Source of the DNA: Ophelia neglecta
Taxonomy: Eukaryota
DNA length: 64,000 bases
Direction of reading: 5' to 3'
NCBI GenBank assembly: GCA_965285935.1
Contig: OZ260661.1
Location: 139,066,001 to 139,130,000 of the forward strand
Shown: piece by piece, positions 29,766 to 43,251 of the stretch
How the letters are laid out: every line of letters begins with the position of its first letter
Numbering within the stretch: the first letter of the stretch is position 1
Notes under the pieces: generated by a model
The model's database searches: none
Told to the model about the DNA's origin: nothing
Seen by the model: only the letters and a program-made list of their open reading frames with translations
Made by a program: the position numbers and the translations under genes

Positions 29766-31990
29766 ATTCTGATATATTCTAATCTTAACACAGTTGCTTT
29801 TATCGGCATTTAGCGACCATAGTGACAGGCTGTTCTAAAAACTATTAACTCGAAGAACCTACCTTAAGGTTGAATAAGGATATCAATAGTCGATTATCTT
29901 CACGCTAGGTGTTCTATTTGCATCAGACTTAAAATAAACTTCCCACGTATTATATCAAATCGGCCGAAATCTATCGTGTTGTATTTGCGGTGTCGTGTTT
30001 GGCGTTGTGCCACCACCAGTGCTTTGCTTTAGTACATTTGTCAGGTCATGATATGAATAGCAACACTTACGAAACTTAAATACGGAATTTGATTTGCGGG
30101 AAGAAGGGGAATTTCCAGTGTCATCTTTGGCATTGTGCCCCCCCCCCCCCCCAACACAGTTGCTTGGTCTACCATCGTCATTTTGAACCAGGTCATGTCG
30201 AGTGAGGGTCATGTCAGTTCAGGTCTATCAAGGTCAAAGGTCAAGTTCAAGGTCTTGAGAACCAATGTGAGTGAGTCAAACTATAGTGTTATCTGTTAAA
30301 CACCGCTGTCTTGCGAGTATACGTTTATATGTGAGTATAGATTTATGTCTAATTACGCATACATACGTATGCCTAGTGCACTGTAAGTCATTGAAGCACG
30401 CTTAGTACAGCAATAGCCGCTCTCCAGTTTAAGACATACATTTTATATTGGCTTCCTTGTCATAATTCTAACTAGTTAGGCATGGTGGAATAGCACATTT
30501 ATCGCTCGGGTCGTGCAACTACTAACGACTGCAGCCCTTAAACATTTATTTGTTGTTGGTGTGTGTGTTGCCCATTATAATGACGACGCTCACATTGAAT
30601 ATTAAGTGATGGGGTGGGGGGGTGGGGTGGGGTGGTGGAGGCACATCCATATCCATCAATACTAGGTAGGTGCCTCCAGAAGAGTCGTTTTGTTTTTGTA
30701 TTGTTTCTATGGGGGGGGGGGGGGTAGTTTCTTTAGCTAAGGGTCCCCAACCATGGGTCCCTTTTTCATGAAGGTATCGTTATTTTAACATTTTCCCCCT
30801 TTACCAAAAGGTTGTTTTTATGGTGAGATAAATATATTTGTGCTTGAAGAGCCCCCTGGCGATACAAGAGTCCATAACAGCCTCTATCCCCAATAAATAG
30901 GCCATATTGCGACTTCCGGAAAAAAGATTCCGTTAAAATTTGCACTTATTAACGGTAGGGTTTTAAGACTTCTGTTTTGAGGCCAGTCCCCCCCCCTCCC
31001 CGCCCCCAGGCGTTCAACTCTTAACGACTGCAAAGCTGCCTTTGAACTGAATTTTTGTTGGTTTTGTGTGTGTGTGTGTATGTGTACACAGCTCGCTGTT
31101 AAAGTTAATCTTAAGTCGACATCAACATTGAATAATAAGTACACTTCTGATGAAGGGAGCGTTCATAATTTCCTGCCTGGGGTGCTCGGGAAATAGAGGC
31201 GTATAATAGGCGATTTCCCTAGAGAGTGCACGAACATGGGAGGAGGGAGGGGGGTACTGCCATTTTCATCCTTACTAGGTTTTTATTTTTCTCTGCCTAC
31301 TACCAAATGAGGCGGAATACATAAAATAGGCCTGCTTCTTCCGCCAGACAATTAAAATACTTGTCTTGAACATATGGTCATGCATCAGCCATGTAATGTT
31401 ACAATATGTAATTGTAGCTTCAGTTTATTATAAATGACAAGCCATTAACGGGTTTGAAGTTATTGCTGGTGCAAACCATCATGGATTATGTCTCCCACTT
31501 TACTCCAGCCTGTGCTGTGTAGCTTCTAAGAATTTATTAGAAATTCAGTTCTAAATCGTCATGACTAGTTGACACTTATAAGAGGCAAACATAGTTTATT
31601 TCCAAAGGAAAGAAGGTAACAGATAAAATGTTTGGTATGTGGAGATTGTATATCATGATAGCCATATTCAACTTTTTTAATAATTGGTGAATGAAATATG
31701 TTGAGGTTTATTGTGATGTTTGACACGGAGCAGACCGATTCATTTGGCAAAAGCCATAAACATGAAAGTTATGGTTTCATGAATCATGCTAAGGTAGATC
31801 AAAAACTCTAAGCATCAAGTGATAACTTTGACAGGAATATAGTATTTAGGAACATTTAAAAGCGTTTTCTGGACAATGATAGGAAAAAGTTGTACTTCAT
31901 AAAACCAGAGGAATTCGTGTACATTGCAGTGTTATTATATTGCATATCTTCCTTTTTATCGTCAAGTTGACCACAACCTTCATCCTCGAT

Positions 31991-34900
31991 ATGGCAACTG
32001 GACGGAAGAGAATCCAACTTAAGCAGCCCGAGCCAGCTAAGTGCCCTGTTTCTGTCAAATTGGAAAACAAACTCGATATTGGCGTTCCAGTTTGGTCACT
32101 GGGAGATGTTGTAACAGAGAGTTACTTCGATGATAACAGTTTTGGAGCAGTCAAAACTGCTCATCATAAGACCGAACCAGGTATGAGATAATTGAAGACG
32201 TCTCAAACTATGCACTTACCTGTCCCAGAATATTGATGAAGTTTTTGATGTTTATTTTGATTTCCATCTGTTTATGTACTTAAAATAAAATTAAAATGGA
32301 AATGCGGTAAAATGTTAACATCCCAGTTATCATTGCAGCTAATTTTATTATATGTAAATAATTTTTTCATCGTTTAGGGTTGGCGGCCTTGTGGGCCACG
32401 ACGATAAAGCACACCAGTGATGAATGCTTTGCTAAACTGTTTTTGTCCGACATAGAACTCTGCCAGTTCAAACACAAACATATCCTTCAGATAGTAGCAT
32501 TGTCCATACAGCCACTAGTTGTTTATCATGAGGTAAATTCCTTCTCATTTGAAACGTACAACCAGCCAATTGTCGTCCACAATTTGGCAGATTTGTTGTA
32601 TCAATGTGACCGAGCAGAAGTAGTGCCCAGGATATATAACGACTACAATGTGCCAAGGACAGTTATAGACGCCGTGGTATCGGGCCTTGCGTTTTTACAT
32701 AGCAAAAGTGTCAATTGTGAACAATTAACCCCACAGAATATCATCATTGGCCAAAGCAGACTCGACAATGCTAAAGAAGAACTTGTCTGTAAAATTGGGG
32801 ACTTTTTACAAACCAGACGGTATTGCGAGCAGACACAAACTGGGTTGACCACCAAGTCCCTAGCGAACGAGCGCCAAACAGTCCCGTTTCAGCCACCGGA
32901 AAAATTAGTATATCAAGGGCGGTATTCTGATCCAGGGAAAACCGATGTTTGGTGTCTCGGTATGGTCACCTTCTGTGTCCTGAACCCTGATGTTCCATTT
33001 CCATTTTACCTAGAGTATACTCGCTCGCAGGCAAAGGATTTACGACAATTGGTAATTGAGAGTCTGAAGCAGAATAAGGTACCAGAAATGTCCCCTAAGT
33101 ATGACATTGGTAAATCAGAACCCCACCTCGTGGCACTGATGCAGCTTGCCTTGATCGATAACCCCGAAGAAAGACCGAGAGTGTCCGACATACAAAAATG
33201 GTAAGAAGTTCGTTGTTTTTTTTAAGTAAATATTGCAACTGAACCTGGAACCTATTCCAGATAAAAATAAGCCTAGGTTAATAGGTAATCCCAGATTAAT
33301 TGCTCAATAAGTGTTGATAATGACTTCATAAAAGGCACAATGCGGGTTTAGCCGCAAACCGGCTAAATAATTGGTTTATTGATGTCAAGCTTGGACTGTG
33401 AATTGAAAAATGGTGCGTGTCATAAATAACAAGCATTTTTTAATGATAATTCGGTCATTTCAGACAACCTTTGGCCAATAGTAAAGACAGATCTAGTAAT
33501 ATTTTGATACCTGGCTATTATCACCCGAGCTCTAAGAGCGTGGTCATAGGCAAAAATCTCTTTGTTAGTATAACAGGACTTTTTGTTAAGCCGAAGCTCA
33601 TTTTAAGCACGGTTTACACCAGTAAGGGCTTAGAGCACTTTTTATCTAACATGCCCCTGGTTATTGCGATAATAGTTTTGCTTTTAAAGGGATTTTTGAG
33701 GAATCGTTGTTGCTTTGGAGGCAAAGCTTTTATGTCCGGAGGTGGGGGTGCGGGTGGAGGTGGGATTGGGGGCTGGAGGCCTTTTCATATCCTTGATGGA
33801 GTTCGATTGAATTGCCTCCCGCTTTCATTGCTGAGGACAGTTTCTGAAAACGCCCTTGTGTCTTTATCTTACTTTCAGTTTGATAGATGGAACAGGACCC
33901 ACTTGTTATACACTGTCTAACAGACCAGAGTTACTGTGTGACTTACTGCGAAGCACTGAGTGCCAAGCTCTAATACGAAATGCACTAAGGAGCAAATCTA
34001 TAAAAATCACGATTGGCTCAAGGAACATAGTTGTTTACGCTCTGACCAGGAAAATGGCTGAAGATACAGTAACCTTTTTCAATGAAAATTTCATACACGA
34101 GAACATTGAAGTTGACACTGCTGGCAAACCGGTTTTAGTGTCAAAAAAATGGGAATCATTTTTAGCAAACCACTTGGAGGAAAACAAAGGTCTCTTGCAG
34201 ATGAAAACAAACCATGATCAAAGCACAGTGCACATTTGTGCTGCTAAAGTTATACAGATTGTAGACAAAATAAAGCATTTTCTGGAGGAAAACACCATAG
34301 TCGAGAAAAGAATCAGTATTCCAACTGAGAAAATGGAATTTGTGGAAACGCATCTTATAACATTTACTAAAACAATTGCTCAAATGCCAAATCTGTCTTT
34401 CCACTCAAATGGTGGCGATCCCTTTGTACAGATAAATGGTAACATGAGCGAAATCAAGACAAGTACCGACATGATCGAACGATACACAAAAGCCATTGCC
34501 ATTGTGGCATATGCCCTGGAAAAGCCCGCCCTAGTTTGGCACTTTCAACAGCGGAAAGGTGAAGCTAGCCTGTCCGAAATCAGTCGACACCACAATGCTA
34601 TCATTAGAATGGAAAGAGAGGAGGGGACTTTCCAATCGAGTAAGTCAACGTCTCATTTCACTCTGATTTCGTTCGCATCGTTCTGGTCTACATTGGAAGA
34701 CAATTCAATTATATTATACCTTTATTTCTGAGATATATATGGGTCCAATCCTTAAGTGTTCGCAAAGACTGGTTACAATTAATGAATACCGTGTGCTTGT
34801 ATTGCAAAGTATAAGGTAAGAATAAAACTTGAAAATTGACTATATTGTGAATGTAAATAGGCACATGATAAATATTCAAATATTACAAAGATAACCAGAA

Positions 34901-37900
34901 ACATGCTATTACAACCCTTACAAGTGAATGGACATGTAAAGAGAAACAACTATATCAATGGAGCCAAGCGCATTGGAACGTTCGGCATATTTATTCTGTG
35001 ACTGAGACAGTTACAGTGGCAGTAAAACATATAATAGGTCAAAAAATGTCTTCGAAACAGATCTTCAAATACACGTATTGTTTACGAGTTTTGAGGGATC
35101 TTATATACAATTATAATAAAGAATTGCATGGCTTTTGCTTGATTTTACCCCAAAATGAGGCGCACTGTGCTATGTATACCTCGCTATAGACATCTGGTTC
35201 GGTTGAAGTTAGCCTCAGTTAACCTTGTCTGGTTAGGATATATCTGATCAAATACTTTTAAATTAAAGTATTATCAATCTGGTTTTAGGTTTATCAAGCA
35301 GATGCATAATCATCACGGCAGAGTCCATCGATGTCGCAAAGACGTGTGTAGAAACATTAAAAGACTTATGCAAAAACATTTGGCTGGAAAAATCGGTCTC
35401 ATATCCAGGAGAAAAGAACACTGAAGATTGTCGCAATCAAGTAAGTGCATGGATTTTGCACTTTTGCCATTACCTGTCATTTTTCCTTTCCATCACTATT
35501 ATACTGTGTACATTGCTGGTTCTGTCTTTTTGGCATATTTATATTGTTTAGACCGTTCTAAAACCAATTGAAATGTGTTATGTTTATGACACAACATTAT
35601 CAAAGATCCATTATATTAGCTGGTGGTACAATTCCTGTACAAACTTCATCACTCAAGTTTCAATGGTATTGTGTCCTAGGTTTTGACTATAAAAAGAATG
35701 GCCGTTCGATTGCACGTAGACATGGATCTAGAAGGCGATGCTATAAAACTAAGCGGGGTAGGGGATCAGGTCAACGCTATGGCAGAGAACATTTACAAGG
35801 TGTTTATAGCCGGAATTGAAAAGGGAGCTGCTGAAAAGGAGCTTGCAGCCCTGACATTACTACATACGCAGGTGTGTTAAGGATTTATTTGCCTTCGCAA
35901 TGTGGCTTTTATCACCAGACTCTCCTTATATCAGATTACGTCTTTTATTGGCTAAATTCTGTGGCAAGCGTCGTTAGTATTTAAGCATGGCGAATTGGTA
36001 TTTAAGGGCCTACATACGACGGTAGCTGGTGATTACTGACCGATTAAACAGACTGGTAATAACTCTGTTTTGTCTTTCGCATATGCACTACAGTTGTATG
36101 AGCAAACTGGTAACATTTGTTTTGTTCAAAGGTGAAATGGTATTATGAAGTAAATGGACAGTTCGTAGAATATCTAGTCGATCATAACGCCACATTGGAA
36201 AGAGCCTATACCGAAGGAAGACATGATATTTCGTTAGTCTCAAATCAGGGTAGGGAAACCGTGAATGTTAGAAAAATGGAAGGTCACAACCAAAGTGGTA
36301 CATTTCGAGTTCTGAGGCAAATTCAAGGTAATGTAATGCAAAAAATGAAAAAAATATCCCTCCGAATTCAGCTACTATGTAAACTCACGAAATATATTCG
36401 ATCGGTTTTTTATTTAGAAACTTCATCAGAAAAATTGCCTGCTGAATGGTCCAAGATGGGTAAAACTGATGTCTTTATGTTGGTTGCCTTGTCCGCTGAT
36501 TCCAAGGAATTCAATGATGTCAAGTGTGAAATACTTAGGACTTCACAAAACAAGATCAAAGAAGTTCTCAAGGTAGCCATTATTCCTATAGTCAGTGCAG
36601 GTAACAACTCTACATTTTAATGTGGAGATGGTAAGGTATAGTAATTTACTACGAGTTAAACCTTAGTATCTTTGTTGGCGGACACGTCATGTCATGTTCT
36701 AACGAGTGGCATGTTCCAGTACTGCGTGTTGCTCATTCTTCAAAGAATATTAATTGATTAAGGCCACCAGAGGTCGAAGGCCATTTGTATTCCGCCAATG
36801 AAATACTCTTGTTGTTACATCGATCCTTCTAATATTATATACACTTGAATATTAAAATAAAGTGATTACTATTTAATCAATTAATTATAGCATTGAAACG
36901 TTCATCTGGTTACAAAAATGTCCATTGTTTATTTAGATTGAGCGAGTTCAGAATCCAGGCCTGTACCGGAAGTACAAAGTCCATAGAGAGGAGATGGTGA
37001 AGTCTGGTACTGCAAGACCGATAGAAAGGCAACTGTGGCATGGATCTGACATAAATGCTATAGCTAGCATCAACTTGTACGGATTTGACCGGGGATACTG
37101 TGGTAAAAACGGTAAGAATATTGAATAAAACAAGCTTTTTTGGTCCCATATTGAGACTTTTTTGGAGCGATTTAATGGCGTATTCCTGTTAAACAATTAC
37201 GCTCCTTGTGCTGGGGATCCACTTCTGTTTTTGTTTCATAAGATATATTTTGTGACAAGAACACTTTTACTTGTCTTAAATATAGGTTAAAATTCTGCAT
37301 TTTTATTAATCTTTGCCTAATGATAGTTCCATAAAACGACTCCCCTATATAGAATATATTTTTGTAGGATTGGGGTTTCTACTCTGTAACATGTAACTTT
37401 GTGGCTGTCTGTTAGTGTAGGAGTGAACATGTGAATTTATTGAATTTGTTAAAAAATATACATTACAAATACAAGAAGAAATACCATGATAGAATTCAGC
37501 ATGAAAGTTATTACTTTATGCATATTAACTCGATAAATATTAAGTATGTTTTGCTTACCAAATAGAGGATGTGTGGCCGCTGTATATGGTGCCGATTCTC
37601 GTTTATAATTTTATTATAGTTGATATTGATGAATGGTTGGCTTCACCCCATACATGAATAATGTGAGGGTAAAAAAATCTATAGTATAAGGTTGTTGAGT
37701 GGTTGAGCTATATAGCCCGAAAACCGTTCTGTATAAATAAGAATATAAATAGCCCAAGATAGTGTCACGCCAATCATAATACCTAAAAACTAGACCCATT
37801 ACAATTTTTTTCCTGAGAAGTAGATCAAATGTAATACCTTTTGTTAACATCTTGATAACTTGTTCGACTTGATCCAATCAACTTTTTTTTCTTTTCCTGT

Positions 37901-40152
37901 GAGCTTAGATTCTTTCTTGATTAACATGTTTTCCCGATGCCAAAATATTGGTATCATTGGCAAATATTATAGGAAATACAGCTCAAGATTCATTCATAAG
38001 TTCATTTACATATATTAAGGACACCAATGGCCCAAGTATAGAACTCTCGGGTTCTACACTTATTCTGTAGGTTAACACTCAATGATATAGAGATAATGTT
38101 CTATGTCGTGTAAGCAAACTATGTGCAATATATCTATAAGAATATCATGTGCCACCGTTTCAAAGGCTGGGTAAAGTCTATACATATACCCATTACAATA
38201 TTCCCATTGTTTATGAGAAGTTTATCTACCAGGCCAGTCAATGCCATATTTGAGCTGTGTTTTCCCCTAAACCCTAAACAAGAGTCTTCATACGTCACAC
38301 GCTCAAATATATAAGAAAACAGATCTAAGATGGCAGAACACAGACTGGGTGATAAGTGTTAAGAAATACGCTTTTTTCACATTTATGTACAGGAATAAAA
38401 GAAGCAAGTTTGCGTTCTGAAGGAAAAGTGGCAGTGGTCAATGACATGCTTGCATAAGTACCATCACAGCCATGACCTGTAGTTTGTAATGATGTGATCA
38501 TTGTTTTACTTTACTCATATCAGTTTCTTCAAAATACGTTGTGCGAGTAACACCTTGGCCAACACATATTTTTTGGATTTTTATGACGCTAGCCTGGGGC
38601 CTACATTTAAATACAATTGATTAAGAATGGATATAACCCGCCTGTTTGTATCATTTATAAAAACAACAGACTTGTTTTTAATACCTTATTTCTATTAAGA
38701 ACCTCTTTAATAGTTCTCCAGGTTGTCCTCAAATTACTTTGGTTTCCTTCATTTTATTATAATAATACTCTCTTTCTTGCATACGCAAAAGCTTATTCTT
38801 GGCTGCCTGATAATCTTTATAACATTCTTCAAAGATTAGGATTATTTCTAGGTTTTTCAATAATTTCAGAGCAAAAAAAATCAGCCAACGTTTTTTATTA
38901 CCTTAAAGGAATAGGTTCTTTATGAACCCTTCATTATAAGGTACATGCCATTTGCCAGTCATTAACCATCGGCCAATTTACACTTGATGTTTGTATAAAA
39001 TAATGCAATAATTCTAGCTAAATATTTCCTTGATTTACAATAACGAACATTGTTTAAGGGCTTGGAATTTTTGCAAATGCTAATTGTTTGAAAATGATCT
39101 AAAGCATGGTGTAACACGTATCATTTATTAACTTAATATTCCTATCATCATTACTTAATATTTTGTCAATTAATGTGGCAGAATTCCTCTGTATCTGTTT
39201 AGGCCTATTGATTAATCAAACAGATCCGTTGAACATGGTTTTGAAAATTCCAGAGTGAGAAAGTGAATATAAGCATTGAGAAAACTAATATTAATATTAA
39301 TCCTGGCAGACCTAAACCTGTTTATTGTCATGCAAATACCAGTAATGGATAAAAAGATAGCTCAGATGATCAAACATTTGTCCATTCTATCATAAGAAAC
39401 GTTAAGGTGGTGTTGTTTAATATATATGATGTGTTCATCAAACCTAAGAGCACCAAGTTCACAAAGTGAATACAGTGGTGCAATAATGAAGAAAAAGGTG
39501 CATATAGATTTTTAATCCGGAACATAAAATAAGGAACATAGAGTATATACAGGGAACATATGATGCACTGGGAACAACATAGATATAAACAACAAAGCTT
39601 ACAGGCTATCTGTAACCATGTTCACATAATTCAAATATTTACACAATGGAAATATTTTGCACAATTGGCATTTAATTTATTTAATCAAATCCTTTACATG
39701 AAGTACCATGTTTTTAATGAGGATACTTTTACCGGCAGTCCAACAGCGTTTATTTTCCTTCTTGAGGTTCGGACTTTCGTCCAGACTGTGGCTCTTTCTA
39801 TTGTCTTTAACATTAAATCAAATTGTTCACCCTAAACACGACTGTTATGATTTCTGATAACAATTCTGTTTTACTTTCAGCTACTGCATTTGGCAGTGGA
39901 GTTTATTTTGCTGCCAACGCGTCCTATTCATACAGTTATGCCAAAGCCGACAGCAGCGGAAAAAGGTACATGTACCATTGTAATGTGTTGACCGGAGATT
40001 TCGCTCAAGGACACTCATCTATGAGAGTGACGCCGATTAAGAATGGATTAATTAAATTTGATTCAGTTGTAGACAATACCAAGTCGCCAAGTATATTTGT
40101 AATATTCAACGATGCACAGGCATATCCAGGGTATTTAATCACATTCAAATAA
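31991..40152 (+). CDS. PARP14: Pseudokinase - KH - WWE - PARP catalytic (mono-ART) fusion, PARP14/15-like, ~971 aa
   Basis: Nine exons form one open 2916-nt frame: 31991-32180, 32378-33200, 33879-34639, 35289-35440, 35680-35871, 36132-36327, 36418-36572, 36937-37111 and 39881-40152. WWE reads VKWYYE...FVEY...LERAY. The ART reads IERVQNP...LWHGS...GFDRGYCGKN/ATAFGSGVYFA...FDSVVDN..SPSIFVIF..AQAYPGYLITF* (H-Y-I triad). The symbol denotes the subfamily only. Confidence 0.85.
37600..39500 (-). mobile_element. Degenerate CR1/L2-type LINE in the last PARP intron
   Basis: Minus-strand remnants include IFANDTNI (FADD-like, ~37945-37966), SILGPL (~38030-38050) and endonuclease-like segments near 39150-39400. 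Many stops are present. Confidence 0.65.
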
Positions 40153-43100
40153 ACAACCATATTCCTTGGGCCGCAATGGGGCTTCTGACTACTTTTAATA
40201 AGTATTATTGATAAGGCCAAACGGGCCTTACCCATGATTTTACAAGCAGAATATACCAAACCATGCGAGGACAATGTATCCGGTCAAACGGTTCATTTAC
40301 TGTATACCTTAGCTTTGCTTTTGTGTAATAAGTGCAGCCTAAACTCCTATAAACTTAGAAAAGTATGTAGCGAAAGTCGCCCTGGCAGAGTTTACCTGGG
40401 AAAACAACTTATTGATAAACTGGTATATTTTCTTGATTAAGGCAAGTCAGGTTTTTTATTAATTCAATCCACAGTAAAATAAGGGATTCTTTGAGTACCA
40501 CCCGCTCGGCTTGAATAACAACCGTAAATAACATTTCAACTATAAAGAGCATCTCAAGAGAGTGCGTCTTGTTCAATACTAACGCTGAGCAGGTGATTGA
40601 CAGCTTTATCATGTAATAGACATTCATTTATTTTGTAGTATCTTAATTGTCACTTGACATGGAATGAAAAGCATGGTTGTGAACCAAAGTCATGGTGACG
40701 CCTTAACCAAATGGCGTAAACATTGTATTAACAGTGTGTTCTAATAAATGTCTGTTTAACGCAGAGATTATACTATATTTTGAATAAACCATAATGGGGA
40801 AGGGGAAGCCCTTCGTCCCAAAAGTAAGCTTGGCACTTTTTAGTTGTTTTTAAGTATCAAATAGTATAACGTACCGTAGACAGTGATTGGCACAACACCA
40901 ACAATCGTCATAAAATTATATGCGCCAAATGGATTAAACGACGGAATGAAGTAATATTTAATCTCAGTTCTTTATGCTTATATGTAGTAGAAGATAATGT
41001 TTTAAGCTTCTGTTAACTAGAAAAAAATGAGCATTTCCCCCATTTTATTTTTGCAAATAAAGTTATTCAAGTAGGGAAAGGGAATGATATTCTTCAACTA
41101 AGTAACTGTTTGGTATCAAGTAGCAGGAAGGAAAGCGCATAACCAGCCCGAGATAAAAACAATATTGTGGTCCAGCTTTTTTATGTTAAACGACTTGATA
41201 TTTTGTACGATATAGCGGCATGAAGCATAGTTCAAAACAACCCGCGAATTATCCAGAATTCTGAATTAATGTTCTCAGGCTGAAACTTTCGAAGGGTTGG
41301 ATTCTATTAACTATAAACTGGACATGCTTGAAAGCAGACTTCCCAGCATAAAGAAGAAAATTTGCGTGACAGAGAATATTGATATGATAAACTGTAAAGA
41401 ATACATTGACATACAGTCGTTTCTTCACTTTCTTTAATGATTGAAAGGTTACTTATTATCACTATGCGGCTTTCGAAAACAGCATTCGACTGGGCATGTC
41501 GTGATTTAATTACTAAATCAAATGGTGGATGCAGTGTATAATATACTGCACATTTGCATTGTTACAATAAGTTACTCAAAGCAGTTGACACATAAATCAT
41601 GAAATCCTTCACACAAGGCTTTCTTATATACACCATAGATCTTAGCTCATCGCCGTCTTTGAATCTGACCTGTTTTTATTTTCAGACGATACTTATATTT
41701 GAACACGATGACCCTCTTCTACTTATAAGTGCGTTGAAAACTGAATATTGTGTATAAGTGTTGTATTCAGCTGGTATATAGTAAAGGCCTATAATGACCG
41801 TCTCAAACTTGAATGGTTTAGGCTAAAGTGTTGTCGAAAGGAAGTTCTACAATATAATATTTTTATTATAGAATGTAGGATGGTTTGCTTTATGCTTTAT
41901 CTGATGTCGTGTACGAGTATGAAAAATGCGTATGTATGTATAATTAATTGGGATATTCATGGCCACATTATAAAGTATTGCACCGAAGTCAAGTACGTTT
42001 GTAGCTGCAGCATATTAGTAGTTTTTGTAAGTGCTGAAATAAAATTGCTCCCGTCAAAACCTAAAGCCTTCATTCATTACGCCCGGTGCCGCTACAACGT
42101 TAAATACAACGCAGCGTAAAGTTTTACATTGAATGTTTATGAGTTTAGAGGCTGTTCGTCTTTTATTGGGGAGGATGGGGGCCTGGTGGTTGAATAGTGG
42201 AGTCTTATTTTTCGAAGGGGGGGGGGCACTTATTTTTGCGCAATTTATGACAGTAGGCGCACAATTTGTAATACTTAGCCAAGCTTTTGCCCTAAAGCTT
42301 ATCAAATTAGTGGTATGTTCTTCGGATCGCCATCGTCTCTTCTAATTGACAAAAGTATGAGTTTCAAATTTTCGAACGTTAATGGTAAATCTGGTTTTAA
42401 AAGACGGGCATGTTATTTATTACTGGCAAAGCTCGATCTGTTCTTTTCTTAAAATGTTGGTATTCATATGCATTAAACACAGTAAGGAGTCATTTTCAAT
42501 TTCAAGATTGCTCATTCTTTTGAAGTATCTAATTTATATCATACATACATTGCTGGCGTGTCGCTAACCCATGTAACTTGTTTCTATCTCCTACGTGTTA
42601 AATTCCCATATCGGAAATTGGATATTCAATTTTGTAAACAATATTATTTAGTGACCCCAAAAATTGCAAACTTTGTAATAATATTTTTACGCTGCCTTTT
42701 TTCGGCAAATTCTAGTATAAGCGGAACGCGCAACAATAAAGGTCAAGTAAAAATTCCCTGTTTAAAGTTTATAAAAATTCTCTGTTTTACCGTATATAAA
42801 GGTGTGTTTATCACAGACAAAATTAAAAACATTAGCCCCCCCCCCCTCACACTCCTTCCGCTCCATACCCATGAATAATGAACTGTCCCTTATATGGGTT
42901 ATGTTCTGGCTTCTTGAGGTAGGTCTTTGTACATGCCAAGGGAAGACAGGAAAAATGGGCTGACGGTGGGGGGGGGGGGGTTAACATCTGTGCACATTGT
43001 AGGTCTAAATAATCATATATTACTCGTAATTATTAGCGTAATTAACTGAGAAAAAGACAAAAATAACATTTAGCTTTTTTTTGGTCAGAAACTGTTGACC

Positions 43101-43251
43101 CCTTTAAAGAAGAATACTACGACTAACAGCATAATAGCAGCAGTAGCTTGAACCAATAATGACAAATCAGTTATGAATACAAATAAAACGGTTGGTTCCG
43201 AAAAAAAAAACAAATGAAGTACGTTTGCGATAGAGTTACAATTATAACAGT

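Noticed and set aside
25974-31750. Protein-coding genes among the intergenic short ORFs
   Set aside because: They have no domain motifs or coherent exon chains, and several overlap SINE or repeat sequence.
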